25,368 nt of DNA from Candidatus Doudnabacteria bacterium. GTDB lineage: Bacteria > Patescibacteriota > Doudnabacteria > UBA920. The translations under genes were made by a program, and so were the position numbers. This document shows positions 22,739-25,368 of this stretch, in pieces. Where the stretch lies: positions 71,621 to 96,988 of the forward strand of contig JAHFJJ010000001.1 of NCBI GenBank assembly GCA_023245895.1, in the 5' to 3' direction. Within the stretch, counting starts at the first letter, position 1; each line of letters opens with the position of its first letter. Under the pieces are notes generated by a model. The model saw nothing but the letters and a program-made list of their open reading frames with translations. It ran no database searches and was not told the origin of the DNA.

Positions 22739-23308
22739 TCTCGTCGATGTGGACTCTTGGAGAGGATCAGCCTGTTATCCCTAGAGTAACTTTTATCCGT
22801 TGGGCTTTGCGTCTTCCACTCGAACGCATCGGATCACTAACTTCCACTTTCGTGCCTGCGCGGGTCGCCGCCCTTGCAGTCAAGCATGCTTATGCGTTTG
22901 CACTATCAGCATGATTTCCATCCATGCCTAGCATACCTTAATAAACGCCTCCGTTACCATTTAGGAGGCAACCGCCCCAGTTAAACTACCCACGAGCCAC
23001 TGTCCCAAAGTAGGTTAGACTTTGGTTAGAATTAATATTTTTACAGAGTGGTATTTCACCTTTTGCCTCCATTTGAGCTGGCGCCCAAACTTCAAAGGCT
23101 CCCACCTAGGCTAAACAATAAAAGCATTAATTCAATGACACGCTATAGTAAAGCTTCATAGGGTCTTTCCGTCTTGCTGCGGGTAGACGGCATCTTTACC
23201 GCCACTGTAAGTTCATCGGAATGTTCGTTAAGACAGTTCTCTGCTCGTTATGCCATTCGTGCGGGTCGCAACTTACGCGACAAGGAATTTCGCTACCATA
23301 GGACAGTT

Positions 23309-24044
23309 CATAATGTTAGCTTCATGTTTCCATGAAGTTCAGACTATATCATTCCATCAATTGGATGGATTCGGCGTTTAGTCGTTGAGGGTTTTTACTA
23401 AATGATTCTTTAAAATTTGTTAAATTATGCTTTCGAGTTCTACCTTTTCCTTCATTTAAGTCCTCACGAAGTTTTACTATTTCTAGCAACCCTTCCTGAT
23501 TTAAATGTTGGCTTGCAAAAACTAATCTTGCAATTTTAGAGAATAACGAATAGTTTCTTTTTTTACTAGCGGACAAGAAACCGAACCGGTCAAAGAAAGG
23601 AATTATTTTTTCTTTGAGTGCTGTATGATTTTGGACAATATATTGATGCACGCCATCTTTCCTATGGTCAATGCGACCACAGCCTAAATGATGCTTCAAC
23701 AAAGCAAGTACGGTAATGTCTTTTTGAGCAACATTAAACGTTAATATTACTTGCCATAATACTTTACTGTCGTTTCGTTTACGAAGGGAAACATTAAAGC
23801 TTCCTTCTCCGTCTACAAAACCTGCAAAGTAATTTCCAATTTCAACAGGAATTTGCTTTAACCAATTTTGATCCATAAAGTTTCCTTCTGAATCTTTTAG
23901 TAAATCTTCCCTGCGGATTGACTGTATCTTGTAAATTTTTACTGTCAATTTAATGACGAGTATTACAAGCTTTAAGCACATCAAAGTCCTTTGTGTGCAC
24001 AGTTATTCCCGCAAATAGCCAAATTTTATAACTACAACATGTTC
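23309..24044 (-). other. group I-like intron (736 nt) in 23S helix 69 at the L1917-equivalent site
   Basis: The 5' exon ends ...GGCAGUAACUAU (U at 24045). The 3' exon starts AACUGUCCUAUGGUAGCGAAAUUCC (23308). Joined, they give the H69 loop UAACUAUAAC. The intron ends in G. The junction can slide by 3-4 nt because of the local repeat gaac...gaac. Confidence 0.65.
23349..23984 (-). CDS. LAGLIDADG homing endonuclease (single-motif) encoded in the L1917 intron
   Basis: It has the NYFAGFVDGEGSF motif. The likely true start is the internal Met at 23876 (MDQNWLKQIPVEIGNYFAGF...). The longer N-terminal extension probably reads through intron core sequence. Confidence 0.85.
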   Translation of the reverse strand: MMCLKLVILVIKLTVKIYKIQSIRREDLLKDSEGNFMDQNWLKQIPVEIGNYFAGFVDGEGSFNVSLRKRNDSKVLWQVILTFNVAQKDITVLALLKHHLGCGRIDHRKDGVHQYIVQNHTALKEKIIPFFDRFGFLSASKKRNYSLFSKIARLVFASQHLNQEGLLEIVKLREDLNEGKGRTRKHNLTNFKESFSKNPQRLNAESIQLME

Positions 24045-24814
24045 ATAGTTACTGCCGGCGTTCATCAGGGCTTGGCCGATCGGCTTGCGCCAACCGGTTT
24101 AACCTTCTGACACTGGCCAGGCATCAGCCCGTATACATCAGCTTGCGCTTTAGCACGGACCTAAGTTTTTGGTAAACAGTCGGAGGAGATCTTTCGCTGC
24201 GGCCCTGTACCATTCATTCGCTTACGCGAATTCAGGTGCAGGGCAAGGTATATACCGAAGGTACACCTGCTTTTTTGCCGAGTTCCTTAACGAACATTGG
24301 TCCGGACGCCTTGGGATTCTCTCCCCATCCACCTGTGTCGGTTTACGGTACGAGCACTTTATAACATGACTTCGACGCTTTTCTTGACACCTTGATTCAC
24401 ACTAATCTCCGTTGCCAGATTTTTTTATGCTTTCGAGATTACAATCGCATCAACCATCTCTTGCGAGGTAAGCTGATGTAATATAGGAACTCCGGATTTA
24501 CCTAAAGTTCCACCCTACGAGCACAACAACGCCAATAGTCAGATGACGCTAATGTTATCATGATGCGTCCCGCCTAAGATAATTATAAAGCGGTTATGGA
24601 ATATCAACCATATTTTCCATCGGGTGAACCCCTTGGGGCCCACTCTTAGGATCGACTAACCCAGGGACGACGATCGTTGCCCTGGAAACCTTGGATATTC
24701 GGCGAAGAGGATTCTCACCTCTATATATATTACTTATTCCAACATTCTTACTTGTACACTGTCCACGGCCGCTTACGCATACCGCTTCAGCCTGTGTACA
24801 ACACTCCTCTACCA

Positions 24815-24927
24815 CTTATGCGAAGCATAAGAACAATTAACTTTTAACAATTAACAATTGACCGGCTGCAGACTGCAGTAGTTAATCGTTAATCGTTAAT
24901 TGTTACCAGTTTTTATGCTTCGCATAA
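24815..24927 (-). repeat. 113-nt hairpin expansion segment in 23S (replacing the short helix after the GTPase-associated centre), built of tandem 7-10-nt repeats
   Basis: The base palindromes are cttatgcgaagcataag and tttatgcttcgcataaa. Tandem aacaattaac copies pair with tandem gttaatc copies around the central palindrome ctgcagactgcag. E. coli has only GCGGCAGCGACGCUUAUGCGUUGUUGGGUAG at this position. Confidence 0.5.
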
Positions 24928-25010
24928 ATCCACGTCTTCGGCACCTAGCTTAGCCCCTATATATTGTCGGCGCAGGATCGCTTGACCAGTGAGCTGTTAC
25001 GCTTTCTTTA

Positions 25011-25047
<37 letters not shown>

Positions 25048-25368
25048 GGGCAATCCCACATCCTTTGCACTATAGCTAGGATTTGGGGGCCTTAGACGGT
25101 GGTGTGGATTCTTCTCCATTTGTCTCGTGAAGCTTAGACCTCACGGACTGACTGCCAATTTCTTGACCTTTAGAATTCGGAGTTTGGTTGGAGCCTACCG
25201 CTTGCGCAGCAGGTTTCCATTCAGTGCTCTACCTCTAAAGGGAACAATTGACGCTAGCCCTAAAGCTATTTCGAGGAGAACCAGCTATCACCCGGTTCGA
25301 TTGGAATTTCTCCCCTACGCACAGCTCATCCCCTATTTTTGCAGCAATAGTGGGTTCGGACCTCCCGT

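Noticed and set aside
24831-24900. Tandem short repeats (aacaattaac x3, gttaatc x3) that superficially resemble a repeat array.
   Set aside because: They are arms of a single hairpin within 23S rRNA, not a repeat-spacer array. No CRISPR-like repeat/spacer periodicity occurs anywhere in the window.

Overview
This window looks like a Candidate-Phyla-Radiation-like (or otherwise reduced) bacterial chromosome fragment. The lineage call is inference from gene content and intron-rich rRNA only. Positions 1-12.3 kb carry compact minus-strand housekeeping operons. These are gap; a stand-alone GlmU N-terminal uridylyltransferase, a coiled-coil protein, a GNAT and a YvcK/GlmR-like protein; 2-amino-3-ketobutyrate CoA ligase (kbl), a hypothetical and a Tdh-like Zn-dehydrogenase; a TrmB-family regulator, a hypothetical and glmS; and a membrane protein with a membrane-anchored SAM methyltransferase. 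Positions 12.6-17.6 kb encode a 1653-aa secreted giant protein with DUF2341-like and LamG-like N-terminal domains followed by about seven FN3-like repeats. It is followed by a CheY-like receiver, a MacB-type ABC ATPase with a roughly 200-aa C-terminal extension, and an FtsX permease. Positions 20.9-25.4 kb are a minus-strand rRNA operon tail: 5S, and a 5'-truncated 23S carrying two LAGLIDADG-encoding introns. One intron sits at the H69 L1917-equivalent site and the other inside the sarcin-ricin loop. The most unusual signal is a family of short GC-rich nested palindromes in an AT-rich background. Three of them are in-frame insertions in tdh and kbl, reminiscent of Rickettsia palindromic elements, and one core copy lies in the 23S-5S spacer. 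There is also a 161-bp near-perfect inverted-repeat element filling the ATPase-permease intergenic gap. Several promoters that are apparently leaderless were seen. No CRISPR arrays or tRNAs were detected.
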